The translations under genes were made by a program, and so were the position numbers. Below the pieces are notes generated by a model. That model made no database searches and was not told the DNA's origin. It saw only the letters and a list, made by a program, of their open reading frames with translations. Positions 26,041 through 39,779 of a DNA stretch of 64,000 nucleotides are shown here, one piece after another. Positions within the stretch are counted from its first letter, which is position 1. Each line of letters starts with the position of its first letter. The DNA lies in NCBI GenBank assembly GCA_964016885.1, contig OZ024742.1, forward strand, positions 14,012,001 to 14,076,000, given 5' to 3'. The DNA is from Eledone cirrhosa (Eukaryota).

Positions 26041-29000
26041 TCCCTAGAAGTGACCACCTGACCTAGTCTAGCCTCGATGTGAGACCTAACCCAAGAAGTA
26101 ACCACCTGACCTAGTCTAGCCTCCAATGTGAGACCTAATCCTAGAAGTGGCCACCTGACCTAGTCGCCTCAATGTGAGACCTAACCATAGAAGTGATCAC
26201 CTGACCTAGTCTAGCCTCAATGTTAGACTATCTAACCCAAGAAGTGACCAGCTGACCTAGTCTAGCCTCAATGTGAGACTTCTAACCCTAGAAGTGACAA
26301 CCTGACCGAGTGTAAACTGAATGTGAGACCTTCGAACCCAAGAAGTAACCACCTGACCTAGTCTAGCCTCCAATGTGAGACCTAATCCTAGAAGTGACCA
26401 CCTGACCTAGACTAACCTCAATGTGAGAGCTAACACTAGAAGTGACCACCTGACCTAGTCTAGCCTCAGTGTGAGACCTCTAACCCTAGAAGTGACCAGC
26501 TGACCTTGTCTAGCCTCAATGTTTGACCTATCGCTAGAAGTGACCACTTGACCTAGTGTAACAAACCTAGAAGTGACCACCTGACCTAGTCGCCTCAATG
26601 TGAGACCTAACCATAGAAGTGATCACCTGACCTAGTCTAGCCTCAATGTGAGACCATCTAACGCAAGAAGTGACCACCTGACCTAGTGTAACCTCATTGT
26701 GAGACATAACCCTAGAAGTGACCACCTGACCTAGTCTAACCTCAATGTGAGACCTTTTAACCCTAGAAGTGACCACCTGACCTAGTCTAGCCTCAATGTG
26801 AGACCTAACCCTAGAAGTGACCACCTGACCTAGTCTAGCCTCAATGTGAGATTTCTAACCCTAGAAGTGACAACCTGACCAAGTGTAAACTGAATGTGAG
26901 ACCTTCTAACCCAAGAAGTGACCACCTGACCTAGTCTAGCCTCAATGTGAGACCTTCTAACCTTAGAAGTGACCACCTGACCTAGTCTAGCCTCAATGTG
27001 AGACCTAACCCTAGAAGTGACCACCTCACCTAGTCTAACCTCAATGTGAGACCTCTAACCCTAGAAGTGACCAGCTGACCATGTCTAGCCTCAATGTGTG
27101 ACTTATCCCTAGAAGTGACCACCGACCTAGTGTAACCTAAACCTAGAAGTGACCACCTGACCTTGTCTAGCCTCACTGTGAGACCATCTAACGCAAGGAG
27201 TGACCACCTGACCTAGTGTAACCTCAATGTGAGAACTTCTAACCCTAGAAGTGACCACTTACCTAGTCTAACCTCAATGTGAGACCTAACCCTAGAAGTG
27301 ACCACCAGACCTAGTCTAGCCTCAATGTGAGACCTTCTAACCCTAGAAGTGACCACCTTACCTAGTCTAGTCTCAATGTGAGACCTAACCCTAGAAGTGA
27401 CCACCTGACCTAGTCTAGCCTCAATGTGAGATCTTACTCTAGAAGTGACCACCTGACCTAGTCTAGCCTCAATGTGAGACCTAACCCTAGAAGTGACCAC
27501 CTGACCTAGTCTAGCCTCAATGTGAGACCTAACCTTAGAAGTGACCACCTGACCTAATCTAGTCTCAATGTGAGACTATCTAACCCTAGAAGTTACCACC
27601 TGACCTAGTCTAGCCTCAATGTGTGACCTATCCCTAGAAGTGACCACCTGACCTAGTCTAGCCTCGATGTGAGACCTAACCCAAGAAGTAACCACCTGAC
27701 CTAGTCTAGCCTCCAATGTGAGACCTAATCCTAGAAGTGGCCACCTGACCTAGTCGCCTCAATGTGAGACCTAACCCTAGAAGTGATCACCTGACCTAGT
27801 CTAGCCTCAATGTTAGACTAACCCAAGAAGTGACCAGCTGACCTAGTCTAGCCTCAATGTGAGACTAACCCTAGAAGTGACAACCTGACCGAGTGTAAAC
27901 TGAATGTGAGACCTTCTAACCCAAGAAGTAACCACCTGACCTAGTCTAGCCTCCAATGTGAGACCTAATCCTAGAAGTGACCACCTGACCTAGACTAACC
28001 TCAATGTGAGAGCTAACACTAGAAGTGACCACCTGACCTAGTCTAGCCTCAATGTGAGACCTCTAACCCTAGAAGTGACCAGCTGACCTTGTCTAGCCTC
28101 AATGTTTGACCTTCTATCGCTAGAAGTGACCACTTGACCTAGTGTAACATAAACCTAGAAGTGACCACCTGACCTAGTCTAGCCTCAATCTGAGACCATC
28201 TAATGCAAGAAGTGACCACCTGACCTAGTGTAACCTCAATGTGAGACCTAACCCTAGAAGTGACCACCTGACCTAGTCTAACCTCAATGTGAGACCTTGT
28301 AACCCTAGAAGTGACCACCTGACCTAGTCTAGCCTCAATGTGAGACCTAACTCTCGAAGTGAACCCCTGACCTAGTCTAGCCTCAGTGTGAGACCATCTA
28401 ATCCTAGAAGTGACCACCTTACCTAGTCTAGTCTCATTGTGAGACCTAACCCTAGAAGTGAACACCTGACCTAGTCTAGTCTCAATGTGAGACCTAACCC
28501 TAGAAGTGACCACCTGACCTAATCTAGCCTCAATGTGAGACTATCTAACCCAAGAAGTGACCACCTGACCTAGTCTAGCCTCAATGTGAGACCATCTAAC
28601 CCTAGAAGTGACCACCTTACCTAGTCTAACCTCAATGTGAGACCTCTAACCCTAGAAGTGACCAACTGACCTTGTCTAGCCACAATCTTTGACCTTCTAT
28701 CCCTAGAAGTGACCACCTGACCTAGTCTAGCCTCAATGTGAGATAATTTAACGCAAGAAGTGACCACCTGACCTAGTGTAACCTCAATGTGAGACCTTCT
28801 AACCCTAGAACTGACCACCTGACCTAATCTAGTCTCAATGTGAGACTATCTAACCCAAGAAGTGACCAGCTGACCTAGTCTAGCCTCAATGTGAGACTTC
28901 TAACCCTATAAGTGACACCCTGACCGAGTGTATACTGAATGTGAGACCTAACCCAAGAAGTGACAACCTGACCTAGTCTAGCCTCAATGTGAGACCTAAC

Positions 29001-32000
29001 CCTAGCAGTGACCACCTGACCTAGTCTAGCCTCAACGTGAGACCTAACCCTAGAAGTGACCACCTGACCTAATCTAGCCTCAATGTGAGACTATCTAACC
29101 CAAGAAGTGACCACCTGACCTAGTCTAGCCTCAATGTGAGACCATCTAACCCTAGAAGTGACCACCTGACCTAGTCTAACCTCAATGTGAGACCTCTAAC
29201 CCTAGAAGTGACCAGCTGACCTTGTCTAGCCTCAATGTTTGACCTTCTATCCCTAGAAGTGACCACCTGACCTAGTCTAGCCTCGATGTGAGACCTAACC
29301 CAAGAAGTAACCACCTGACCTAGTCTAGCCTCCAATGTGAGACCTAATCCTAGAAGTGGCCACCTGACCTAGTCGCCTCAATGTGAGACCTAACCATAGA
29401 AGTGATCACCTGACCTAGTCTAGCCTCAATGTTAGACTATCTAACCCAAGAAGTGACCAGCTGACCTAGTCTAGCCTCAATGTGAGACTTCTAACCCTAG
29501 AAGTGACAACCTGACCGAGTGTAAACTGAATGTGAGACCTTCTAACCCAAGAAGTAACCACCTGACCTAGTCTAGCCTCCAATGTGAGACCTAATCCTAG
29601 AAGTGACCACCTGACCTAGACTAACCTCAATGTGAGAGCTAACACTAGAAGTGACCACCTGACCTAGTCTAGCCTCAGTGTGAGACCTCTAACCCTAGAA
29701 GTGACCAGCTGACCTTGTCTAGCCTCAATGTTTGACCTATCGCTAGAAGTGACCACTTGACCTAGTGTAACAAACCTAGAAGTGACCACCTGACCTAGTC
29801 GCCTCAATGTGAGACCTAACCATAGAAGTGATCACCTGACCTAGTCTAGCCTCAATGTGAGACCATCTAACGCAAGAAGTGACCACCTGACCTAGTGTAA
29901 CCTCATTGTGAGACATAACCCTAGAAGTGGCCACCTGACCTAGTCTAACCTCAATGTGAGACCTTTTAACCCTAGAAGTGACCACCTGACCTAGTCTAGC
30001 CTCAATGTGAGACCTAACCCTAGAAGTGACCACCTGACCTAGTCTAGCCTCAATGTGAGATTTCTAACCCTAGAAGTGACAACCTGACCAAGTGTAAACT
30101 GAATGTGAGACCTTCTAACCCAAGAAGTGACCACCTGACCTAGTCTAGCCTCAATGTGAGACCTTCTAACCTTAGAAGTGACCACCTGACCTAGTCTAGC
30201 CTCAATGTGAGACCTAACCCTAGAAGTGACCACCTCACCTAGTCTAACCTCAATGTGAGACCTCTAACCCTAGAAGTGACCAGCTGACCATGTCTAGCCT
30301 CAATGTGTGACTTATCCCTAGAAGTGACCACCGACCTAGTGTAACCTAAACCTAGAAGTGACCACCTGACTTTGTCTAGCCTCACTGTGAGACCATCTAA
30401 CGCAAGGAGTGACCACCTGACCTAGTGTAACCTCAATGTGAGAACTTCTAACCCTAGAAGTGACCACTTACCTAGTCTAACCTCAATGTGAGACCTAACC
30501 CTAGAAGTGACCACCAGACCTAGTCTAGCCTCAATGTGAGACCTTCTAACCCTAGAAGTGACCACCTTACCTAGTCTAGTCTCAATGTGAGACCTAACCC
30601 TAAAAGTGACCACCTGACCTAGTCTAGCCTCAATGTGAGATCTTACTCTAGAAGTGACCACCTGACCTAGTCTAGCCTCAATGTGAGACCTAACCCTAGA
30701 AGTGACCACCTGACCTAGTCTAGCCTCAATGTGAGACCTAACCTTAGAAGTGACCACCTGACCTAATCTAGTCTCAATGTGAGACTATCTAACCCTAGAA
30801 GTTACCACCTGACCTAGTCTAGCCTCAATGTGTGACCTATCCCTAGAAGTGACCACCTGACCTAGTCTAGCCTCGATGTGAGACCTAACCCAAGAAGTAA
30901 CCACCTGACCTAGTCTAGCCTCCAATGTGAGACCTAATCCTAGAAGTGGCCACCTGACCTAGTCGCCTCAATGTGAGACCTAACCCTAGAAGTGATCACC
31001 TGACCTAGTCTAGCCTCAATGTTAGACTAACCCAAGAAGTGACCAGCTGACCTAGTCTAGCCTCAATGTGAGACTAACCCTAGAAGTGACAACCTGACCG
31101 AGTGTAAACTGAATGTGAGACCTTCTAACCCAAGAAGTAACCACCTGACCTAGTCTAGCCTCCAATGTGAGACCTAATCCTAGAAGTGACCACCTGACCT
31201 AGACTAACCTCAATGTGAGAGCTAACACTAGAAGTGACCACCTGACCTAGTCTAGCCTCAATGTGAGACCTCTAACCCTAGAAGTGACCAGCTGACCTTG
31301 TCTAGCCTCAATGTTTGACCTTCTATCGCTAGAAGTGACCACTTGACCTAGTGTAACATAAACCTAGAAGTGACCACCTGACCTAGTCTAGCCTCAATCT
31401 GAGACCATCTAATGCAAGAAGTGACCACCTGACCTAGTGTAACCTCAATGTGAGACCTAACCCTAGAAGTGACCACCTGACCTAGTCTAACCTCAATGTG
31501 AGACCTTGTAACCCTAGAAGTGACCACCTGACCTAGTCTAGCCTCAATGTGAGACCTAACTCTCGAAGTGAACCCCTGACCTAGTCTAGCCTCAGTGTGA
31601 GACCATCTAATCCTAGAAGTGACCACCTTACCTAGTCTAGTCTCATTGTGAGACCTAACCCTAGAAGTGAACACCTGACCTAGTCTAGTCTCAATGTGAG
31701 ACCTAACCCTAGAAGTGACCACCTGACCTAATCTAGCCTCAATGTGAGACTATCTAACCCAAGAAGTGACCACCTGACCTAGTCTAGCCTCAATGTGAGA
31801 CCATCTAACCCTAGAAGTGACCACCTTACCTAGTCTAACCTCAATGTGAGACCTCTAACCCTAGAAGTGACCAACTGACCTTGTCTAGCCACAATCTTTG
31901 ACCTTCTATCCCTAGAAGTGACCACCTGACCTAGTCTAGCCTCAATGTGAGATAATTTAACGCAAGAAGTGACCACCTGACCTAGTGTAACCTCAATGTG

Positions 32001-35000
32001 AGACCTTCTAACCCTAGAACTGACCACCTGACCTAATCTAGTCTCAATGTGAGACTATCTAACCCAAGAAGTGACCAGCTGACCTAGTCTAGCCTCAATG
32101 TGAGACTTCTAACCCTATAAGTGACACCCTGACCGAGTGTATACTGAATGTGAGACCTAACCCAAGAAGTGACAACCTGACCTAGTCTAGCCTCAATGTG
32201 AGACCTAACCCTAGCAGTGACCACCTGACCTAGTCTAGCCTCAACGTGAGACCTAACCCTAGAAGTGACCACCTGACCTAATCTAGCCTCAATGTGAGAC
32301 TATCTAACCCAAGAAGTGACCACCTGACCTAGTCTAGCCTCAATGTGAGACCATCTAACCCTAGAAGTGACCACCTGACCTAGTCTAACCTCAATGTGAG
32401 ACCTCTAACCCTAGAAGTGACCAGCTGACCTTGTCTAGCCTCAATGTTTGACCTTCTATCCCTAGAAGTGACCACCTGACCTAGTCTAGCCTCGATGTGA
32501 GACCTAACCCAAGAAGTAACCACCTGACCTAGTCTAGCCTCCAATGTGAGACCTAATCCTAGAAGTGGCCACCTGACCTAGTCGCCTCAATGTGAGACCT
32601 AACCATAGAAGTGATCACCTGACCTAGTCTAGCCTCAATGTTAGACTATCTAACCCAAGAAGTGACCAGCTGACCTAGTCTAGCCTCAATGTGAGACTTC
32701 TAACCCTAGAAGTGACAACCTGACCGAGTGTAAACTGAATGTGAGACCTTCTAACCCAAGAAGTAACCACCTGACCTAGTCTAGCCTCCAATGTGAGACC
32801 TAATCCTAGAAGTGACCACCTGACCTAGACTAACCTCAATGTGAGAGCTAACACTAGAAGTGACCACCTGACCTACTCTAGCCTCAGTGTGAGACCTCTA
32901 ACCCTAGAAGTGACCAGCTGACCTTGTCTAGCCTCAATGTTTGACCTATCGCTAGAAGTGACCACTTGACCTAGTGTAACAAACCTAGAAGTGACCACTT
33001 GACCTAGTCGCCTCAATGTGAGACCTAACCATAGAAGTGATCACCTGACCTAGTCTAGCCTCAATGTGAGACCATCTAACGCAAGAAGTGACCACCTGAC
33101 CTAGTGTAACCTCATTGTGAGACATAACCCTAGAAGTGACCACCTGACCTAGTCTAACCTCAATGTGAGACCTTTTAACCCTAGAAGTGACCACCTGACC
33201 TAGTCTAGCCTCAATGTGAGACCTAACCCTAGAAGTGACCACCTGACCTAGTCTAGCCTCAATGTGAGATTTCTAACCCTAGAAGTGACAACCTGACCAA
33301 GTGTAAACTGAATGTGAGACCTTCTAACCCAAGAAGTGACCACCTGACCTAGTCTAGCCTCAATGTGAGACCTTCTAACCTTAGAAGTGACCACCTGACC
33401 TAGTCTAGCCTCAATGTGAGACCTAACCCTAGAAGTGACCACCTCACCTAGTCTAACCTCAATGTGAGACCTCTAACCCTAGAAGTGACCAGCTGACCAT
33501 GTCTAGCCTCAATGTGTGACTTATCCCTAGAAGTGACCACCGACCTAGTGTAACCTAAACCTAGAAGTGACCACCTGACCTTGTCTAGCCTCACTGAGAC
33601 CATCTAACGCAAGGAGTGACCACCTGACCTAGTGTAACCTCAATGTGAGAACTTCTAACCCTAGAAGTGACCACTTACCTAGTCTAACCTCAATGTGAGA
33701 CCTAACCCTAGAAGTGACCACCAGACCTAGTCTAGCCTCAATGTGAGACCTTCTAACCCTAGAAGTGACCACCTTACCTAGTCTAGTCTCAATGTGAGAC
33801 CTAACCCTAGAAGTGACCACCTGACCTAGTCTAGCCTCAATGTGAGATCTTACTCTAGAAGTGACCACCTGACCTAGTCTAGCCTCAATGTGAGACCTAA
33901 CCCTAGAAGTGACCACCTGACCTAGTCTAGCCTCAATGTGAGACCTAACCTTAGAAGTGACCACCTGACCTAATCTAGTCTCAATGTGAGACTATCTAAC
34001 CCTAGAAGTTACCACCTGACCTAGTCTAGCCTCAATGTGTGACCTATCCCTAGAAGTGACCACCTGACCTAGTCTAGCCTCGATGTGAGACCTAACCCAA
34101 GAAGTAACCACCTGACCTAGTCTAGCCTCCAATGTGAGACCTAATCCTAGAAGTGGCCACCTGACCTAGTCGCCTCAATGTGAGACCTAACCCTAGAAGT
34201 GATCACCTGACCTAGTCTAGCCTCAATGTTAGACTAACCCAAGAAGTGACCAGCTGACCTAGTCTAGCCTCAATGTGAGACTAACCCTAGAAGTGACAAC
34301 CTGACCGAGTGTAAACTGAATGTGAGACCTTCTAACCCAAGAAGTAACCACCTGACCTAGTCTAGCCTCCAATGTGAGACCTAATCCTAGAAGTGACCAC
34401 CTGACCTAGACTAACCTCAATGTGAGAGCTAACACTAGAAGTGACCACCTGACCTAGTCTAGCCTCAATGTGAGACCTCTAACCCTAGAAGTGACCAGCT
34501 GACCTTGTCTAGCCTCAATGTTTGACCTTCTATCGCTAGAAGTGACCACTTGACCTAGTGTAACATAAACCTAGAAGTGACCACCTGACCTAGTCTAGCC
34601 TCAATCTGAGACCATCTAATGCAAGAAGTGACCACCTGACCTAGTGTAACCTCAATGTGAGACCTAACCCTAGAAGTGACCACCTGACCTAGTCTAACCT
34701 CAATGTGAGACCTTGTAACCCTAGAAGTGACCACCTGACCTAGTCTAGCCTCAATGTGAGACCTAACTCTCGAAGTGAACCCCTGACCTAGTCTAGCCTC
34801 AGTGTGAGACCATCTAATCCTAGAAGTGACCACCTTACCTAGTCTAGTCTCATTGTGAGACCTAACCCTAGAAGTGAACACCTGACCTAGTCTAGTCTCA
34901 ATGTGAGACCTAACCCTAGAAGTGACCACCTGACCTAATCTAGCCTCAATGTGAGACTATCTAACCCAAGAAGTGACCACCTGACCTAGTCTAGCCTCAA

Positions 35001-35665
35001 TGTGAGACCATCTAACCCTAGAAGTGACCACCTTACCTAGTCTAACCTCAATGTGAGACCTCTAACCCTAGAAGTGACCAACTGACCTTGTCTAGCCACA
35101 ATCTTTGACCTTCTATCCCTAGAAGTGACCACCTGACCTAGTCTAGCCTCAATGTGAGATAATTTAACGCAAGAAGTGACCACCTGACCTAGTGTAACCT
35201 CAATGTGAGACCTTCTAACCCTAGAACTGACCACCTGACCTAATCTAGTCTCAATGTGAGACTATCTAACCCAAGAAGTGACCAGCTGACCTAGTCTAGC
35301 CTCAATGTGAGACTTCTAACCCTATAAGTGACACCCTGACCGAGTGTATACTGAATGTGAGACCTAACCCAAGAAGTGACAACCTGACCTAGTCTAGCCT
35401 CAATGTGAGACCTAACCCTAGCAGTGACCACCTGACCTAGTCTAGCCTCAACGTGAGACCTAACCCTAGAAGTGACCACCTGACCTAATCTAGCCTCAAT
35501 GTGAGACTATCTAACCCAAGAAGTGACCACCTGACCTAGTCTAGCCTCAATGTTAGACTATCTAACCCTAGAAGTGACCACCTGACCTAGTCTAACCTCA
35601 ATGTGAGACCTCTAACCCTAGAAGTGACCAGCTGACCTTGTCTAGCCTCAATGTTTGACCTTCTA
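26041..35665. repeat. Three consecutive copies of the central 3209/3207-bp HOR (about 66 monomers)
   Basis: Copies start at 26041, 29250 and 32459; ORF sets 26567/29776/32985, 28139/31348/34555, 28875/32084/35291. Markers ctctcgaagtgaacccc, agccacaatctttga and gtgtatactga occur once per copy. Confidence 0.95.
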
Positions 35666-35799
35666 TCCCTAGAAGTGACCACCTGACCTAGTCTAGCCTC
35701 AATGTGAGATAATCTAACGCAAGAAGTGACCACCTGACCTAGTGTAACCTCAATGTGAGATCTAACCCTAGAAGTGACCAGCTGACCTAGTCTAGCCTC

Positions 35800-38700
35800 A
35801 ATGTGAGACTTCTAACCCTAGAAGTGACAACCTGACCGAGTGTAAACTGAATGTGAGACCTTCTAACCCAAGAAGTGACCACCTGACCTAGTCTAGCCTC
35901 AATGTGAGACCTAACCCAAGAAGTGACCACCTGACCTAGTCTAGCCTCAGTGTGAGACCTAAGCCTAGAAGTGACCACCTGACCTAGTCTAGCCTCAATG
36001 TGAGACTATCTAACCCAAGAAGTGACCACCTGACCTAGTCTAGCCTCAATGTGAGACCTAACCCTAGAAGTGACCACCTGACCTAGTCTAGCCTCAATGT
36101 GAGATTTCTAACCCTAGAAGTGACAACCTGACCAAGTGTAAACTGAATGTGAGACCTTCTAACCCAAGAAGTGACCACCTGACCTAGTCTAGCCTCAATG
36201 TGAGACCTTCTAACCTTAGAAGTGACCACCTGACCTAGTCTAGCCTCAATGTGAGACCTAACCCTAGAAGTGACCACCTCACCTAGTCTAACCTCAATGT
36301 GAGACCTCTAACCCTAGAAGTGACCAGCTGACCTTGTCTAGCCTCAATGTGTGACTTATCCCTAGAAGTGACCACCGGCCTAGTGTAACCTAAACCTAGA
36401 AGTGACCACCTGACCTTGTCTAGCCTCACTGTGAGACCATCTAACGCAAGGAGTGACCACCTGACCTAGTGTAACCTCAATGTGAGAACTTCTAACCCTA
36501 GAAGTGACCACTTACCTAGTCTAACCTCAATGTGAGACCTAACCCTAGAAGTGACCACCAGACCTAGTCTAGCCTCAATGTGAGACCTAACCCTAGAAGT
36601 GACCACCTTACCTAGTCTAGTCTCAATGTGAGACCTAACCCTAGAATTGACCACCTGACCTAGTCTAGCCTCAATGTGAGATCTTACTCTAGAAGTGACC
36701 ACCTGACCTAGTCTAGCCTCAATGTGAGACCTAACCCTAGAAGTGACCACCTGACCTAGTCTAGCCTCAATGTGAGACCTAACCTTAGAAGTGACCACCT
36801 GACCTAATCTAGTCTCAATGTGAGACTATCTAACCCAAGAAGTGACCATCTGACCTAGTCTAGCCTCAATGTGAGACTTCTAACCCTAGAAGTGACAACC
36901 TGACCTAGTGTAAACTGAATGTGAGACCTAACCCAAGAAGTAACCACCTGACCTAGTCTAGCCTCCAATGTGAGACCTAATCCTAGAAGTGGCCACCTGA
37001 CCTAGTCGCCTCAATGTGAGACCTAACCATAGAAGTGATCACCTGACCTAGTCTAGCCTCAATGTTAGACTATCTAACCCAAGAAGTGACCAGCTGACCT
37101 AGTCTAGCCTCAATGTGAGACTTCTAACCCTAGAAGTGACAACCTGACCGAGTGTAAACTGAATGTGAGACCTTCTAACCCAAGAAGTAACCACCTGACC
37201 TAGTCTAGCCTCCAATGTGAGACCTAATCCTAGAAGTGACCACCTGACCTAGACTAACCTCAATGTGAGAGCTAACACTAGAAGTGACCACCTGACCTAG
37301 TCTAGCCTCAGTGTGAGACCTCTAACCCTAGAAGTGACCAGCTGACCTTGTCTAGCCTCAATGTTTGACCTATCGCTAGAAGTGACCACTTGACCTAGTG
37401 TAACAAACCTAGAAGTGACCACCTGACCTAGTCGCCTCAATGTGAGACCTAACCATAGAAGTGATCACCTGACCTAGTCTAGCCTCAATGTGAGACCATC
37501 TAACGCAAGAAGTGACCACCTGACCTAGTGTAACCTCATTGTGAGACATAACCCTAGAAGTGACCACCTGACCTAGTCTAACCTCAATGTGAGACTTCTA
37601 ACCCTAGAAGTGACAACCTGACCGAGTGTAAACTGAATGTGAGACCTTCTAACCCAAGAAGTGACCACCTGACCTAGTCTAGCCTCAATGTGAGACCTAA
37701 CCCAAGAAGTGACCACCTGACCTAGTCTAGCCTCAGTGTGAGACCTAAGCCTAGAAGTGACCACCTGACCTAGTCTAGCCTCAATGTGAGACTATCTAAC
37801 CCAAGAAGTGACCACCTGACCTAGTCTAGCCTCAATGTGAGACCTAACCCTAGAAGTGACCACCTGACCTAGTCTAGCCTCAATGTGAGATTTCTAACCC
37901 TAGAAGTGACAACCTGACCAAGTGTAAACTGAATGTGAGACCTTCTAACCCAAGAAGTGACCACCTGACCTAGTCTAGCCTCAATGTGAGACCTTCTAAC
38001 CTTAGAAGTGACCACCTGACCTAGTCTAGCCTCAATGTGAGACCTAACCCTAGAAGTGACCACCTCACCTAGTCTAACCTCAATGTGAGACCTCTAACCC
38101 TAGAAGTGACCAGCTGACCTTGTCTAGCCTCAATGTGTGACTTATCCCTAGAAGTGACCACCGACCTAGTGTAACCTAAACCTAGAAGTGACCACCTGAC
38201 CTTGTCTAGCCTCACTGTGAGACCATCTAACGCAAGGAGTGACCACCTGACCTAGTGTAACCTCAATGTGAGAACTTCTAACCCTAGAAGTGACCACTTA
38301 CCTAGTCTAACCTCAATGTGAGACCTAACCCTAGAAGTGACCACCAGACCTAGTCTAGCCTCAATGTGAGACCTAACCCTAGAAGTGACCACCTTACCTA
38401 GTCTAGTCTCAATGTGAGACCTAACCCTAGAATTGACCACCTGACCTAGTCTAGCCTCAATGTGAGATCTTACTCTAGAAGTGACCACCTGACCTAGTCT
38501 AGCCTCAATGTGAGACCTAACCCTAGAAGTGACCACCTGACCTAGTCTAGCCTCAATGTGAGACCTAACCTTAGAAGTGACCACCTGACCTAATCTAGTC
38601 TCAATGTGAGACTATCTAACCCAAGAAGTGACCATCTGACCTAGTCTAGCCTCAATGTGAGACTTCTAACCCTAGAAGTGACAACCTGACCTAGTGTAAA

Positions 38701-39378
38701 CTGAATGTGAGACCTAACCCAAGAAGTAACCACCTGACCTAGTCTAGCCTCCAATGTGAGACCTAATCCTAGAAGTGGCCACCTGACCTAGTCGCCTCAA
38801 TGTGAGACCTAACCATAGAAGTGATCACCTGACCTAGTCTAGCCTCAATGTTAGACTATCTAACCCAAGAAGTGACCAGCTGACCTAGTCTAGCCTCAAT
38901 GTGAGACTTCTAACCCTAGAAGTGACAACCTGACCGAGTGTAAACTGAATGTGAGACCTTCTAACCCAAGAAGTAACCACCTGACCTAGTCTAGCCTCCA
39001 ATGTGAGACCTAATCCTAGAAGTGACCACCTGACCTAGACTAACCTCAATGTGAGAGCTAACACTAGAAGTGACCACCTGACCTAGTCTAGCCTCAGTGT
39101 GAGACCTCTAACCCTAGAAGTGACCAGCTGACCTTGTCTAGCCTCAATGTTTGACCTATCGCTAGAAGTGACCACTTGACCTAGTGTAACAAACCTAGAA
39201 GTGACCACCTGACCTAGTCGCCTCAATGTGAGACCTAACCATAGAAGTGATCACCTGACCTAGTCTAGCCTCAATGTGAGACCATCTAACGCAAGAAGTG
39301 ACCACCTGACCTAGTGTAACCTCATTGTGAGACATAACCCTAGAAGTGACCACCTGACCTAGTCTAACCTCAATGTGA
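35800..39378. repeat. Tandem duplication, 1786-bp unit
   Basis: ORFs 35787/36083/36466 recur at 37573/37869/38252; private marker cctaagcctag at ~35960 and ~37745. Confidence 0.92.
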
Positions 39379-39779
39379 GACCTTTTAACCCTAGAAGTGA
39401 CCACCTGACCTAGTCTAGCCTCAATGTGAGACCTAACCCTAGAAGTGACCACCTGACCTAGTCTAGCCTCAATGTGAGATTTCTAACCCTAGAAGTGACA
39501 ACCTGACCAAGTGTAAACTGAATGTGAGACCTTCTAACCCAAGAAGTGACCACCTGACCTAGTCTAGCCTCAATGTGAGACCTTCTAACCTTAGAAGTGA
39601 CCACCTGACCTAGTCTAGCCTCAATGTGAGACCTAACCCTAGAAGTGACCACCTCACCTAGTCTAACCTCAATGTGAGACCTCTAACCCTAGAAGTGACC
39701 AGCTGACCATGTCTAGCCTCAATGTGTGACTTATCCCTAGAAGTGACCACCGACCTAGTGTAACCTAAACCTAGAAGTG

